Of a DNA stretch of 64,000 bases, positions 29,113-38,333 are shown in pieces. Position 1 is the first letter of the stretch. Every line of letters starts with the position of its first letter. Under the pieces are notes generated by a model. It did no database searches. It had not been told where the DNA came from and saw only the letters and a program-made list of their open reading frames with translations. Source of the DNA: a phage. The stretch lies in the NCBI GenBank assembly GCA_020381345.1, contig GCA_020381345.1_3636.1. One strand, given 5' to 3'. The position numbers and the translations under genes are program-made.

Positions 29113-30573
29113 TTACTTAGCGTACTCAATTAATTCCACAGTTTTCCCAAAGCTCGGGATATAATTTTTATTATACCCCTCGGTGAGAACCCATAAAGTA
29201 TCGTACTTTTTCCACTTGTTGTCAACAGCCTTTTGTTCAAAGTTATGCTCAAAGTATAGGTCTGTCAATACGATGACATCTTTTGCATTCGGTATGTTGG
29301 CATCCAGATACTCGAACACGCAAGCAGCTGTTGTGCCCCATGTTGAGTGGACCTCATAGTTGATCATCTCATCTATGTTACCGCGAGTGTATACTTTAAC
29401 CTCTCCAACCTCAGTTGACCAACAGAACATTGTAACCTTAAACTCTTTATACAGATTGCACAATCCGGTGATTTCATTGAACATTTTCTTTAAAGTTCTT
29501 TGAGAGATCGAGCCAGAAACGTCTAAAGCTACCACAATATCTATGGTGTTTTCCGGATTACGACCAGGAACAATAACGTGCTGGTTCTTGTTTATAGCCC
29601 CAACTTTTCGCATTGTGCTGGTCAAAGACCCAGATCGGCGACCAGGTTTTCTGTAGGTCAGTTCAGCCTTTCGTTTAGACAACATGCGTTGCTTGATGAT
29701 GTCTATATAATTGATTACAGGCTTACCTCTATTCTTGACAAACTCACGAACCGCCTCAGGGCAACGGCCTCCGGAAGCTTGCATTGCTGCCTCCAGCATG
29801 TCACCAGAGTCCTGCATGGCCTGATCTTTATCAGATTGACTGATTACAGGTTGTGGCTGATCATACCCCATAGCCTTTCCAAGATCATCACTGGTGCCAC
29901 CGTTACCACTCATGTGATCATCGGTTTGTCGCTTATCTCCTTGAGAGTTCTCACCTTTACCGCTCTTACTTTTACCGTTATTCTGATCTCTTTGCTTATC
30001 AAGAACTGCATAGACGTTCTCAGCAATCCATCCATGAAACTTCATGTCGCAGTAGCAGCTGGCTAAGAATCCAAAAGGCTTACCTTTCACGAACGTAGTG
30101 CTTTTCCCCTTCGGGAAGAAAACACAAGGGGGCTTGCTAAAGTCAACCACAAGACCTGTGTTGATAACGTGATCACAAGCAATATTGAACAGTTCCGGCT
30201 CAAAGCTTTTACCACGGACCAGGTGATCACAGATAATATGTCCCACCTCATGTGACAGAAGGAAGGCCACCTCTTTCACAGATTTTGGGGAATAGAAAAC
30301 TTCAGCCATCTCAAACTGCTTGTCAGTTAGAGAAGCCTTAAGAATAGCCTTGCGTTCATCAGCCAATCCCATAATGAACTCAGGACTGTAATAAATGCGT
30401 TTATGGTCGGTTGCCATGGTGGAGCACCATGTGTGGTTTTCTACGAACTGCAACCCTGACAGCAGTGTGCCATAAAACGGCAGCTTTTCAAGGAGATACA
30501 TACGTGCAGCCTGCAACATTCTCAGGGCATCATCTTTTTGTGAGGCAATGATTTCTGAACTTCTGCTATCCAT
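29113..30573 (-). CDS. metallopeptidase-like (HExxH) + von Willebrand factor A domain protein
   Basis: HEVGHIICDH zinc-protease-type motif in N-terminal half; VALDVSGSIS (DxSxS MIDAS) in C-terminal half; start placed at the second ATG (MDSRSSEI) which has a GGAG RBS; the track start at 30594 lies inside a hairpin. Confidence 0.6.
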   Translation of the reverse strand: MDSRSSEIIASQKDDALRMLQAARMYLLEKLPFYGTLLSGLQFVENHTWCSTMATDHKRIYYSPEFIMGLADERKAILKASLTDKQFEMAEVFYSPKSVKEVAFLLSHEVGHIICDHLVRGKSFEPELFNIACDHVINTGLVVDFSKPPCVFFPKGKSTTFVKGKPFGFLASCYCDMKFHGWIAENVYAVLDKQRDQNNGKSKSGKGENSQGDKRQTDDHMSGNGGTSDDLGKAMGYDQPQPVISQSDKDQAMQDSGDMLEAAMQASGGRCPEAVREFVKNRGKPVINYIDIIKQRMLSKRKAELTYRKPGRRSGSLTSTMRKVGAINKNQHVIVPGRNPENTIDIVVALDVSGSISQRTLKKMFNEITGLCNLYKEFKVTMFCWSTEVGEVKVYTRGNIDEMINYEVHSTWGTTAACVFEYLDANIPNAKDVIVLTDLYFEHNFEQKAVDNKWKKYDTLWVLTEGYNKNYIPSFGKTVELIEYAK

Positions 30574-30606
30574 TAAAACTCCAGAAGGGGCCATTGGCCC
30601 CTGTCA

Positions 30607-31650
30607 TTATTTAACGTGTTTGAAAATACCTGCCAACTCGGTCATTGTCATGCGGGTGGTCTTCATAAGATCTGTCATAGCTTTCTCCATAATTGGAGAT
30701 ACTACCATAAAGTTTCCTTTAGTGAAACCTTTATTCCAGTCGGTCACCAACAGCGGTTTAAGTCCAGCTCCGAGACGTTTACCAGTTAAAGCACAGCATT
30801 TGCGAATATACGAACTCTTAAATTGGCTGAACGATAGATCAACTTTCATACCTGCATCGTAGAACGTTTGACAATAGAAAGTGTAAGCCTTAGCAATCTC
30901 AACATCATCAGGTAGTGCAGGAACCTCTTCTGCAATCTCCTCTTCAACCACCTGAGGCTCTTTTTCCTCTTCAGAGGTCTGTTCTTCAATTTCTTCTGTC
31001 ACAGTCTCGTTTACGATGTCTGAAATGTGTTTGTTGGCTGCACGATCAGCCATGAAATTTTTAAAATCCTGCATCGGTGACATATCTTCTTCCTCTTCGT
31101 CAAATAGTGCTAGTTTATCTTCTTCTGACCCGTATTGCAAGATGAAATCTTCAAAAGTATATTCATCTTTTAATTCCTCCATACGCTCTTCGCTCAGGTG
31201 GAGCATCATCTGCTGGACAATTTTTCGATCAGTTTTGTCTTTAATCAGGATTGCAGTCTTTTTATCTACCAGACAGTCCTTCAGAGCGTTGCACCTCAAC
31301 CCTACCACACAACAATTATCAATTGCGTAAGGACCTTCATCATCTATCCGCTCCAGAGATGGGTAGAAAGGATTTCCCAGTCCGTTTTCATCTGTGTGCA
31401 TGTCGAAAGGTATAAGGGTATAGTCGCATACCCCCTCTCCTAAAAGTTTTTTACCAAATAGGAGGTATTCTTCCCACGACAGGTCGAACTCTATATCTCG
31501 TTTCCGTGCGTTATTCTGTTTGCGTCTATATTTTTTGAGCAAGCGCTCTAACTCTTCTGGTGTATAATATTTTTCAAGATTCATGAGTCGTCTCTCGTGC
31601 TCTGTAAGTGAAGAAATCGTATCAATTGTCTCAACAGATGTCAACATCAA
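30607..31650 (-). CDS. hypothetical protein with acidic linker
   Basis: 347 aa; first gene of leftward operon; glutamate-rich central segment. Confidence 0.45.
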   Translation of the reverse strand: MMLTSVETIDTISSLTEHERRLMNLEKYYTPEELERLLKKYRRKQNNARKRDIEFDLSWEEYLLFGKKLLGEGVCDYTLIPFDMHTDENGLGNPFYPSLERIDDEGPYAIDNCCVVGLRCNALKDCLVDKKTAILIKDKTDRKIVQQMMLHLSEERMEELKDEYTFEDFILQYGSEEDKLALFDEEEEDMSPMQDFKNFMADRAANKHISDIVNETVTEEIEEQTSEEEKEPQVVEEEIAEEVPALPDDVEIAKAYTFYCQTFYDAGMKVDLSFSQFKSSYIRKCCALTGKRLGAGLKPLLVTDWNKGFTKGNFMVVSPIMEKAMTDLMKTTRMTMTELAGIFKHVK

Positions 31651-31657
31651 AAACGTG

Positions 31658-31686
31658 TTGACTTTACTCTAACTCCACAATATAGT
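31658..31686 (+). promoter_or_regulatory. sigma70-like promoter for rightward middle operon
   Basis: TTGACT-17-TATAGT, ~40 nt upstream of ATG 31727 in divergent intergenic region. Confidence 0.5.
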
Positions 31687-31726
31687 GCACCCATTCGAAA
31701 GAAAACTAACATAGGAGCACTTACTT

Positions 31727-32626
31727 ATGGCAAATCTTAACAGTTTTAGTACGCGGTGGAAACAGGACATAACAACCAATCTTTCAGCTGGGGACATCCT
31801 TTCTGCAATTTACGAGGCTTTAGATGATAAAGCTACTTCAAAAGCGGTTTGTACCAACCCACTAATTCCTGTAGTGATGAAGGTTATTGAGCGTAGATTG
31901 GTATCTGGGTCTGATAAGTGGACATATTTAGATAATGAAGGACACACCTATTCCAATGGGTACGTCGATATAAAAGTAGAATACGCGGTATCATACCGCC
32001 GGAGCGGTTCTGTAACTTTCAACTTCTCTGGAGGTTTTCGATCTCTGGCTACCTCACCTTTTGTTTCCTCAGAGGAGAAGTATGAGCTGCCATTTCTTTG
32101 GATGATGGCTAACGCGACAGGAAAAACCCCCGTTAGCATCCGAGTAAAATACAACTACAACGGATCTAGTAAGATCTATGCCGAAAGTGTCTCAGCAAGT
32201 TTTTATTTTGTGATGGGGGATGGAATCCTCAAACATATAAAGATGTGCGATATGCATGATGTTATAAATGAAGTGACTGATAAGAATGTTCTAGTGAAAG
32301 ACCTCAACAATTTTTATACACCCGGAGACTATTACGTCAGCCGTCCACTGTGCATCTTTAATGCCGCACACCCTCTAGGTGAGTATTTGATCGCCAATAG
32401 CGATATTGCCAATAACCGCTTCGAGGTAGCAAGAGTTCAGAATGAGGTATTGACATCCTGCAAAAGTGGTGATAAATTTACTGATGAAGAGATGGGTGTT
32501 TTAGAAATGATGGGGTATAAATGCAGTCTTTGGGTAGATGAGGTGTTTAATGACTACATCTCCGGACAGGATATTTACCCGTTAAAGAAGTATACTGATA
32601 CAAGTTTAATTTATGCGGGGATTTGA
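31727..32626 (+). CDS. hypothetical protein
   Basis: AGGAG RBS 9 nt upstream; promoter TTGACT-17-TATAGT upstream. Confidence 0.45.
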   Translation: MANLNSFSTRWKQDITTNLSAGDILSAIYEALDDKATSKAVCTNPLIPVVMKVIERRLVSGSDKWTYLDNEGHTYSNGYVDIKVEYAVSYRRSGSVTFNFSGGFRSLATSPFVSSEEKYELPFLWMMANATGKTPVSIRVKYNYNGSSKIYAESVSASFYFVMGDGILKHIKMCDMHDVINEVTDKNVLVKDLNNFYTPGDYYVSRPLCIFNAAHPLGEYLIANSDIANNRFEVARVQNEVLTSCKSGDKFTDEEMGVLEMMGYKCSLWVDEVFNDYISGQDIYPLKKYTDTSLIYAGI

Positions 32627-32901
32627 CTATGATGAAGACATGTGGTAATGTATATTACGTCGGTGAGCATGTTCAGGCAGACAGTGTGTGGAAATCTATT
32701 AAGTCCACCACTGACGATGCCTTTCTGAGTGGACTATGTTTCCCCAATCCGGGAGACATCCTCCCTCACCCTGGAGATTTTGTTGTCAACAAGATGGACG
32801 GTTATACCGTGTGCCTGATGGTTGAGAAAATCTTTTTAGACACTAGGCACAATCACCGTCTTGTGTTAAAATTTCAAGAATGTAAAATGACAATTGCCTA
32901 A
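32623..32901 (+). CDS. hypothetical protein
   Basis: 92 aa coupled ORF. Confidence 0.3.
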   Translation: MTMMKTCGNVYYVGEHVQADSVWKSIKSTTDDAFLSGLCFPNPGDILPHPGDFVVNKMDGYTVCLMVEKIFLDTRHNHRLVLKFQECKMTIA

Positions 32902-32914
32902 GGAGGCCTTACCT

Positions 32915-33271
32915 ATGTCTAAAGTTACTTATCGTGCAGCTATTTACTGCAATGAACACCCGATCAATAATGATGGTCACTGCCTTTTTAAAGAAAATCA
33001 GTTGGGCTGTATTGTCCTACCTGATGAAGGGGAAGGTTATCTGATTGCATTGACAGGGTTTGAGCCTGAAGCTCTGGAAGCCAATCTGGACTACCTGGTA
33101 GAAGAGGGTGCTGCAGACCTGGTTGCCAATGGCTTCTCCGTAAGCCTTGACGAAGTGGAGCGCTTCATGGGTAATTACCGTGTAGTGCGTGAGTTTACTA
33201 TCGAGGTTGAAACTCCAGAGTGGGGCAGCCCTGAAACCAATGTCGAAGAAAAAGAAGAGGAGGTAGAATAA
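32915..33271 (+). CDS. hypothetical acidic protein
   Basis: AAGGAGG RBS before ATG at 32915. Confidence 0.4.
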   Translation: MSKVTYRAAIYCNEHPINNDGHCLFKENQLGCIVLPDEGEGYLIALTGFEPEALEANLDYLVEEGAADLVANGFSVSLDEVERFMGNYRVVREFTIEVETPEWGSPETNVEEKEEEVE

Positions 33272-33528
33272 TGAAAGTGCAGATCTTGACTAATGCCGAG
33301 AAGATGTTTATTGAAGATACACCTTTTGAAGCTGGTGAGCTACAGTTTGTTTATTTTGTTGACTTAGATAAGGTGTTTCCTGCACTGAATCTGGGTCTGG
33401 ATGAAGTTCCTCATAAGGTTTTGTGCCAAGTTGTTCGTGCCTTGGCGGCAGAGGGGGAGTTCCACACCCTTCAAAATGTCCAGACCTACGGGTATCTTGA
33501 ACTACAACGAGAAGAAGAGGTGGACTGA
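33271..33528 (+). CDS. hypothetical protein
   Basis: GGAGG RBS. Confidence 0.35.
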   Translation: MKVQILTNAEKMFIEDTPFEAGELQFVYFVDLDKVFPALNLGLDEVPHKVLCQVVRALAAEGEFHTLQNVQTYGYLELQREEEVD

Positions 33529-33530
33529 TA

Positions 33531-33911
33531 ATGGCACGGTGGAAGACAACAGTTGACCTTCATGATCAGTGGTTAGGACGCATCACTGAAGACGGGAAAC
33601 TAGTGGAGTGGGACAATAAGCATGTTAGCGAGTTGGCAAGCATTGTGGCTGGCAAGTTACGCTCCAAGTTCCCTGAACAACTGGATCCTGATAATTCAAA
33701 GTTCGATCCTGAGTTGGAGGATGTTGTATACTACTTCGATACCGTGGATGACTACGATGCGTGGTTTGCAGCACGAGAGCTTTACCCACAAGGCTCTGCT
33801 ATGCGCCAGATGGAAGAAGATTATCCTCCGTGCGAGCAATTTAATAGCGCAATGACTTGCCTCTACGATTGGGCAGATAAGAACCTTGTCTGGATTCGGA
33901 CTGTATTCTAG
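33531..33911 (+). CDS. hypothetical protein
   Basis: 126 aa ORF. Confidence 0.4.
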   Translation: MARWKTTVDLHDQWLGRITEDGKLVEWDNKHVSELASIVAGKLRSKFPEQLDPDNSKFDPELEDVVYYFDTVDDYDAWFAARELYPQGSAMRQMEEDYPPCEQFNSAMTCLYDWADKNLVWIRTVF

Positions 33912-33917
33912 CAGGTA

Positions 33918-34220
33918 GTGGCAAGGATGCCACTTAAAAGAGTAATAAACATGTTATACCAGAAACACGAACTTTGTGCAGAAAAAGAGTTAAATTTTGA
34001 CAAAGCTATCCACAGATATTGTTATGGAAAAACCGGAAGACAAGTAAGAAGATGCACTCCAGCATTCTTTCACCCCAGCAGGCGGCTAAGTCCTGAAGAG
34101 GCGACAGCAGAAAGGGTTGCATACAACTGGGAAGTTGTGTACGATATTGACAGATCCGATGTGACATCTGTTTTGGAAAACTTTGAAAACACTTACACAC
34201 AAGTAGAGGACTTTTACTAA
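33918..34220 (+). CDS. hypothetical protein
   Basis: 100 aa ORF, start uncertain (GTG 33918 or ATG 33927). Confidence 0.3.
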   Translation: MARMPLKRVINMLYQKHELCAEKELNFDKAIHRYCYGKTGRQVRRCTPAFFHPSRRLSPEEATAERVAYNWEVVYDIDRSDVTSVLENFENTYTQVEDFY

Positions 34221-35404
34221 TGTCAAGAAACGTATTTGAAAGTGGTCAAATCACTGTCCGTGAGTTGCCAGCTATCATTCAGTTTGCCCAGCGTCATAAC
34301 CGATCTGTCCTGATTTTAGGACCAATGGGTGTGGGAAAGAGTCAGGTGATGAAGCAGATCGCTGATAATATGTTCGGTGAGCGAGATGACAACCTGGTTG
34401 ACGTGCGGCTGTCAGATAAAGATCCTGCCGACTTATCTGGGCTACCTATCCCTGTAGAAGCGGATGGGACTACACGTACAGTGTTTGCAATCCCAGAATT
34501 TTGGCCTGCGGATCCTGACTGGAGCGGAATTGTCTTTCTGGATGAGCTCACTCATGCAGATAACTACCTGCAAAAGGTTGCAATGCAGATTATGCTCGAC
34601 CACAAGTGCGGCACCTATGCATTCCCTAAGGGCTCTGTTTTTGTAGCTGCAGGTAACCGTTCTACAGATGGTGCTGTTCTTTCGGCGCTCGAAGCCCCTC
34701 TGGCTAACCGCTTTATCATTGTAGAAGTTACAAGCAACGCAGAGGTGTTTATTGAGGACTACGCATTCCTTAATGGGGTGCACTCCTCTGTAATTGGATA
34801 TCTGAAAAGAGTTCCATCAGCTATTGATAATTATGAGGCCATGGCTGAGATTAATTGTCCATCTTTTGCCACACCGCGATCTTGGGTTGCTGCATCTGAT
34901 ATCTTGCACGATTTTGACAGCGGTATTATTTCTGACGCTATGGCCCGTGTTCTTCTGCAAGGTGCTATTGGTCACACTGCAGCGGTAGAGATCTGGACTT
35001 ACCACACCAAGAAACGCAATTTACCGGAAATCGGTCGGATTATGGCAGGTGGCTGCAAAGAATACGTAGGCCCTAAGCAGCCAGACATTTTGTGGATTCT
35101 TGGATCTGAAGGTTGTATCGCTATTCGTAATATGATGGAAAATGCAAGTATCTCAGACGAAGATCTTGTCAGCTGCGTGGCAAACTTCCTCGATTTCCTT
35201 TGGGAAAACTTCAAGGACGAGAACCGAGATTTTGTATTCTCAGTCTTTATGGCGATGATGAAACCTAATGCCTTAGGAAATGCCTTGCTTATCGGTAAAG
35301 GGCGTGACAAGATTGTTGCTCAGCTGATCAAAGCATACCCAAACCTGATGAAGATTGTAAAAGAGTTTGGTGAAGAGTTTAGCGCCATTTTGGCTAAAGC
35401 TTAA
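34220..35404 (+). CDS. MoxR/AAA_5-like AAA+ ATPase
   Basis: Walker A GPMGVGKS, Walker B IVFLDEL, sensor AAGNR. Confidence 0.65.
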   Translation: MSRNVFESGQITVRELPAIIQFAQRHNRSVLILGPMGVGKSQVMKQIADNMFGERDDNLVDVRLSDKDPADLSGLPIPVEADGTTRTVFAIPEFWPADPDWSGIVFLDELTHADNYLQKVAMQIMLDHKCGTYAFPKGSVFVAAGNRSTDGAVLSALEAPLANRFIIVEVTSNAEVFIEDYAFLNGVHSSVIGYLKRVPSAIDNYEAMAEINCPSFATPRSWVAASDILHDFDSGIISDAMARVLLQGAIGHTAAVEIWTYHTKKRNLPEIGRIMAGGCKEYVGPKQPDILWILGSEGCIAIRNMMENASISDEDLVSCVANFLDFLWENFKDENRDFVFSVFMAMMKPNALGNALLIGKGRDKIVAQLIKAYPNLMKIVKEFGEEFSAILAKA

Positions 35405-35413
35405 GGGGGTTGT

Positions 35414-35794
35414 ATGGCTAAAGTAGGTAAGCGGGGAAACTACCTGGTGGTATTGACCGAGGAGCCGGAGAAGGAGTACGAATGCAGCTCCACTTGCGTG
35501 ATCGATATCCGAGAAAAAGATGTAGATGAAATCTGGTTTAAAATATTGGACGCTTGCGATAGCAGTGATTATTTCTTCATCTATGTCAACGATAAGGCTG
35601 GGTTCTTCCATGACGACGGAGAGTTGCCGTATGAAATCTATGAACTTGTAGAGGCTTGCCATCGTGGAGATGCGGAGTTGTTTGGCTTACGGCTGAAAAG
35701 CGGTAAATTCTTCTATCAAGATGAGTGCATGAATCTTCATAACTTTGTAGAGGGAACTTGCAACGATGGAGAGATTTTGGCACACTACGATTAA
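35414..35794 (+). CDS. hypothetical protein
   Basis: 126 aa ORF; terminator follows. Confidence 0.4.
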   Translation: MAKVGKRGNYLVVLTEEPEKEYECSSTCVIDIREKDVDEIWFKILDACDSSDYFFIYVNDKAGFFHDDGELPYEIYELVEACHRGDAELFGLRLKSGKFFYQDECMNLHNFVEGTCNDGEILAHYD

Positions 35795-35806
35795 TTTCTA
35801 AGACCT

Positions 35807-35832
35807 CCCCCGCTTCGGCGGGGATTTTCTAT
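35807..35832 (+). terminator. rho-independent terminator
   Basis: CCCCGC TTCG GCGGGG then ATTTTCTATTT. Confidence 0.6.
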
Positions 35833-35843
35833 TTGGAGTTATT

Positions 35844-36344
35844 GTGAAAATTAAGATCTTTGCTATTATTTTGAGCGCATTTTTATCGCTGCCTGTTGTT
35901 GCAGCACCAAAACAAAAAGTATATCATACTTGCAAGCCCTCAGATACTAAGGAAAACATTCTGGCATGCAATATCTACAGGGAGGCTAGAGGGGATGGCA
36001 CGATGGGTATGCTGGCATCCGGGTTTGCCACACTAAACAGGAAATCTCACCCCAAATACCCAGACACTATAAGAAAGATTGTCTACCAACCTAACCAGTT
36101 TTCGTGGACAAACCACGGCAAAACTTTTAAGGTGACAGAAAAAGATTCATGGGATCACGCTAAAAGTCTTGCAAAGATGCTTCTAAAGGTCTATAATAAC
36201 AACCATGTTGCATACATGGCTATGGACATAACAGGTGGAGCAACACACTACCATACAACCAAAGCACGACCGAAATGGGCAAAAAAGATGCAGAGGACAG
36301 CTCAATTCGGGAGTCATATCTACTACAAGGAGCGCAATAAATGA
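35844..36344 (+). CDS. secreted cell-wall hydrolase (SleB/Hydrolase_2-like), candidate lysin
   Basis: GTG start after GGAG; N-terminal signal peptide-like segment MKIKIFAIILSAFLSLPVVAAP; motif NIYREARGDG...ATLNR resembles the SleB-family signature. Confidence 0.5.
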   Translation: MKIKIFAIILSAFLSLPVVAAPKQKVYHTCKPSDTKENILACNIYREARGDGTMGMLASGFATLNRKSHPKYPDTIRKIVYQPNQFSWTNHGKTFKVTEKDSWDHAKSLAKMLLKVYNNNHVAYMAMDITGGATHYHTTKARPKWAKKMQRTAQFGSHIYYKERNK

Positions 36345-38323
36345 TTGTAAACAGTAATGAAACTAAAGCAGTACTAACCGGAAATATGGAGGTCACCAGG
36401 GGCTCAATTTCTCTGAACAAAGAGACTTTTGGGCTAATCATTAAAGGGATTTACGAAGATAAGGTGCTGGCAAGCTGCCGTGAACCAATCTTCAATGCTG
36501 TGGACTCCCATGTTGAGTCTGGACGGGGTGATGTACCGATCATCATTCACTCCCCTACAGACCTTGAACCATACTTCTTTGTGCAGGACGTTGGATTGGG
36601 CATGTCAGAAGAGATGGTCCGCAACACTTTCATGAACCTCGGGGAGTCAACCAAGCGCAACAGCAACGCTCTGGTAGGTAATAAAGGTGTTGGTTCAAAG
36701 GCTCCGTTCAGCATGGTGGACACTTTCGATGTTATCAGTGTGCACAATGGTGTTGAAAGCACATATCTATTGTTCTTGGATCAGGGTATCCCAAACGTTA
36801 CCAAGATCCGCGAGCGGAAGACTGAAGAGCACAACGGGGTAAAAGTTCAGTTTCATGTTAAGAAAGAGCATGTCCTGAAATATCGCACTGCTATTGCATC
36901 GTGCTTACGCTATGCGAAGTTTCCGTTCACCGTCACCGATCCCATGACTAGTAAGATGTTAGAAGGTGACAAGGTTGAGGCGCAGTATCGCTACGAGAAA
37001 GATGGTTGGAAAATGACTATCCTGAAAGGTTATACCAGCTCTGATGAGAGCCGTGTGGTGATGGGACACCAACCTTACCGCTCTAAGTTTCTGGAAACAT
37101 TGACCGATTACCCTGCAATCTGCGTGGAAATTCCTATTGGGGATTGCAATATTAACCCTGGGCGTGAATGGACCATAGAGGGCCATGACGACGGTGGATT
37201 CCAGGATCGCCTGGAGGCCTTTGTCAAAGAAGGTATACGTCTTCGCGGGGCAGAAGTTGTTGCAGAACTGGAGACGGCAAAAACCTCCGCAGAAGCACGT
37301 GAAATGATGAAGAATAGTGGAGTGTTCGGACACATCTTCGGCAAAAACTTTATGTGGAACCGTTGGGAAGAAACAGGGCTTGGCGACTTAGGCGATTGTG
37401 AAATTTTCGCTGGCGGCTTAAATAAAGGCCGCATAGGCTATGCCAGTTACGGAAAGTCGGAGTTCTTACGAGGCGTATACCTTGTATTTAACGACGGAGA
37501 CGGCAAATATAACCGAAATAAGTGTAACTACTTAAGCGAGATCACCGGACGCAACGTTTTCTATTGCCGTAACACGGATCTGGTGGAAGAGTTTAAAGAA
37601 GCGGCACACCACCCGTTCTTTGCAGATACGGTCAAATTGTTATCAGAACTCCCTCGCCGACCTGTCAAGAAAGGTGAAACAAAAACTCGTTATGAGCCAG
37701 GCTATTGGGTTAAAAAACTTGAGAAGGATGGTTACTTCCGCCGTGAGCGTATTACTAAGGCAGAGTTCCGGAAGATTAAACACTGCATCCCTTATGAGGG
37801 TGATATCCAACGTGGAAGTTGTTGGCTGGGGCAGATGAGTAACATCTACCAGCAAGATTATGACCGTGTACGTGCGGCACTTCAGATTCCTGAAGGTGAA
37901 GATCTGTATCTGGTATCTGAATCTCGTCTGCTTTGGACTGATCCTGATTGCCAGTATGTTACAGAGAAGAATGTGGAGCACCTGTTGAAAGAGGATGCTT
38001 GGAAATTCTTACTGACCCGTGCAGCAAATGAGACTTCTTATGACAGCCTGTATAGACAATTAGGGAAAATTATTCCCATGCAAGATTTTGGAAATTATCG
38101 GCCACATTTCCACAAGTGGGAAGGTAACACCACGTGGAAGCACAGTGAGCTAAATCATCGTGCCAAAATCTTAATCGCCAACCGAGTTAAATGCGGGAAG
38201 GCCTATATTGCAAGATTGGAAAAGAAATACCCGCTTTTGAAGCATGTAGGCTTGAAATATTGGGACACTCCTGCTATGATTGAATACCGTGAACTGATCG
38301 ATACAAAGAATAACATCAAATAA
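36341..38323 (+). CDS. Hsp90/MORC-like GHKL ATPase domain protein (660 aa)
   Basis: Bergerat-fold motifs in order: N-box EPIFNAVD (ExxxNAxD), G1 DVGLGM, G2 GNKGVGSKAPF (cf. Hsp90 GQFGVGFYSAF); AAGGAG RBS. Confidence 0.6.
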   Translation: MIVNSNETKAVLTGNMEVTRGSISLNKETFGLIIKGIYEDKVLASCREPIFNAVDSHVESGRGDVPIIIHSPTDLEPYFFVQDVGLGMSEEMVRNTFMNLGESTKRNSNALVGNKGVGSKAPFSMVDTFDVISVHNGVESTYLLFLDQGIPNVTKIRERKTEEHNGVKVQFHVKKEHVLKYRTAIASCLRYAKFPFTVTDPMTSKMLEGDKVEAQYRYEKDGWKMTILKGYTSSDESRVVMGHQPYRSKFLETLTDYPAICVEIPIGDCNINPGREWTIEGHDDGGFQDRLEAFVKEGIRLRGAEVVAELETAKTSAEAREMMKNSGVFGHIFGKNFMWNRWEETGLGDLGDCEIFAGGLNKGRIGYASYGKSEFLRGVYLVFNDGDGKYNRNKCNYLSEITGRNVFYCRNTDLVEEFKEAAHHPFFADTVKLLSELPRRPVKKGETKTRYEPGYWVKKLEKDGYFRRERITKAEFRKIKHCIPYEGDIQRGSCWLGQMSNIYQQDYDRVRAALQIPEGEDLYLVSESRLLWTDPDCQYVTEKNVEHLLKEDAWKFLLTRAANETSYDSLYRQLGKIIPMQDFGNYRPHFHKWEGNTTWKHSELNHRAKILIANRVKCGKAYIARLEKKYPLLKHVGLKYWDTPAMIEYRELIDTKNNIK

Positions 38324-38333
38324 GGAGACCAAG

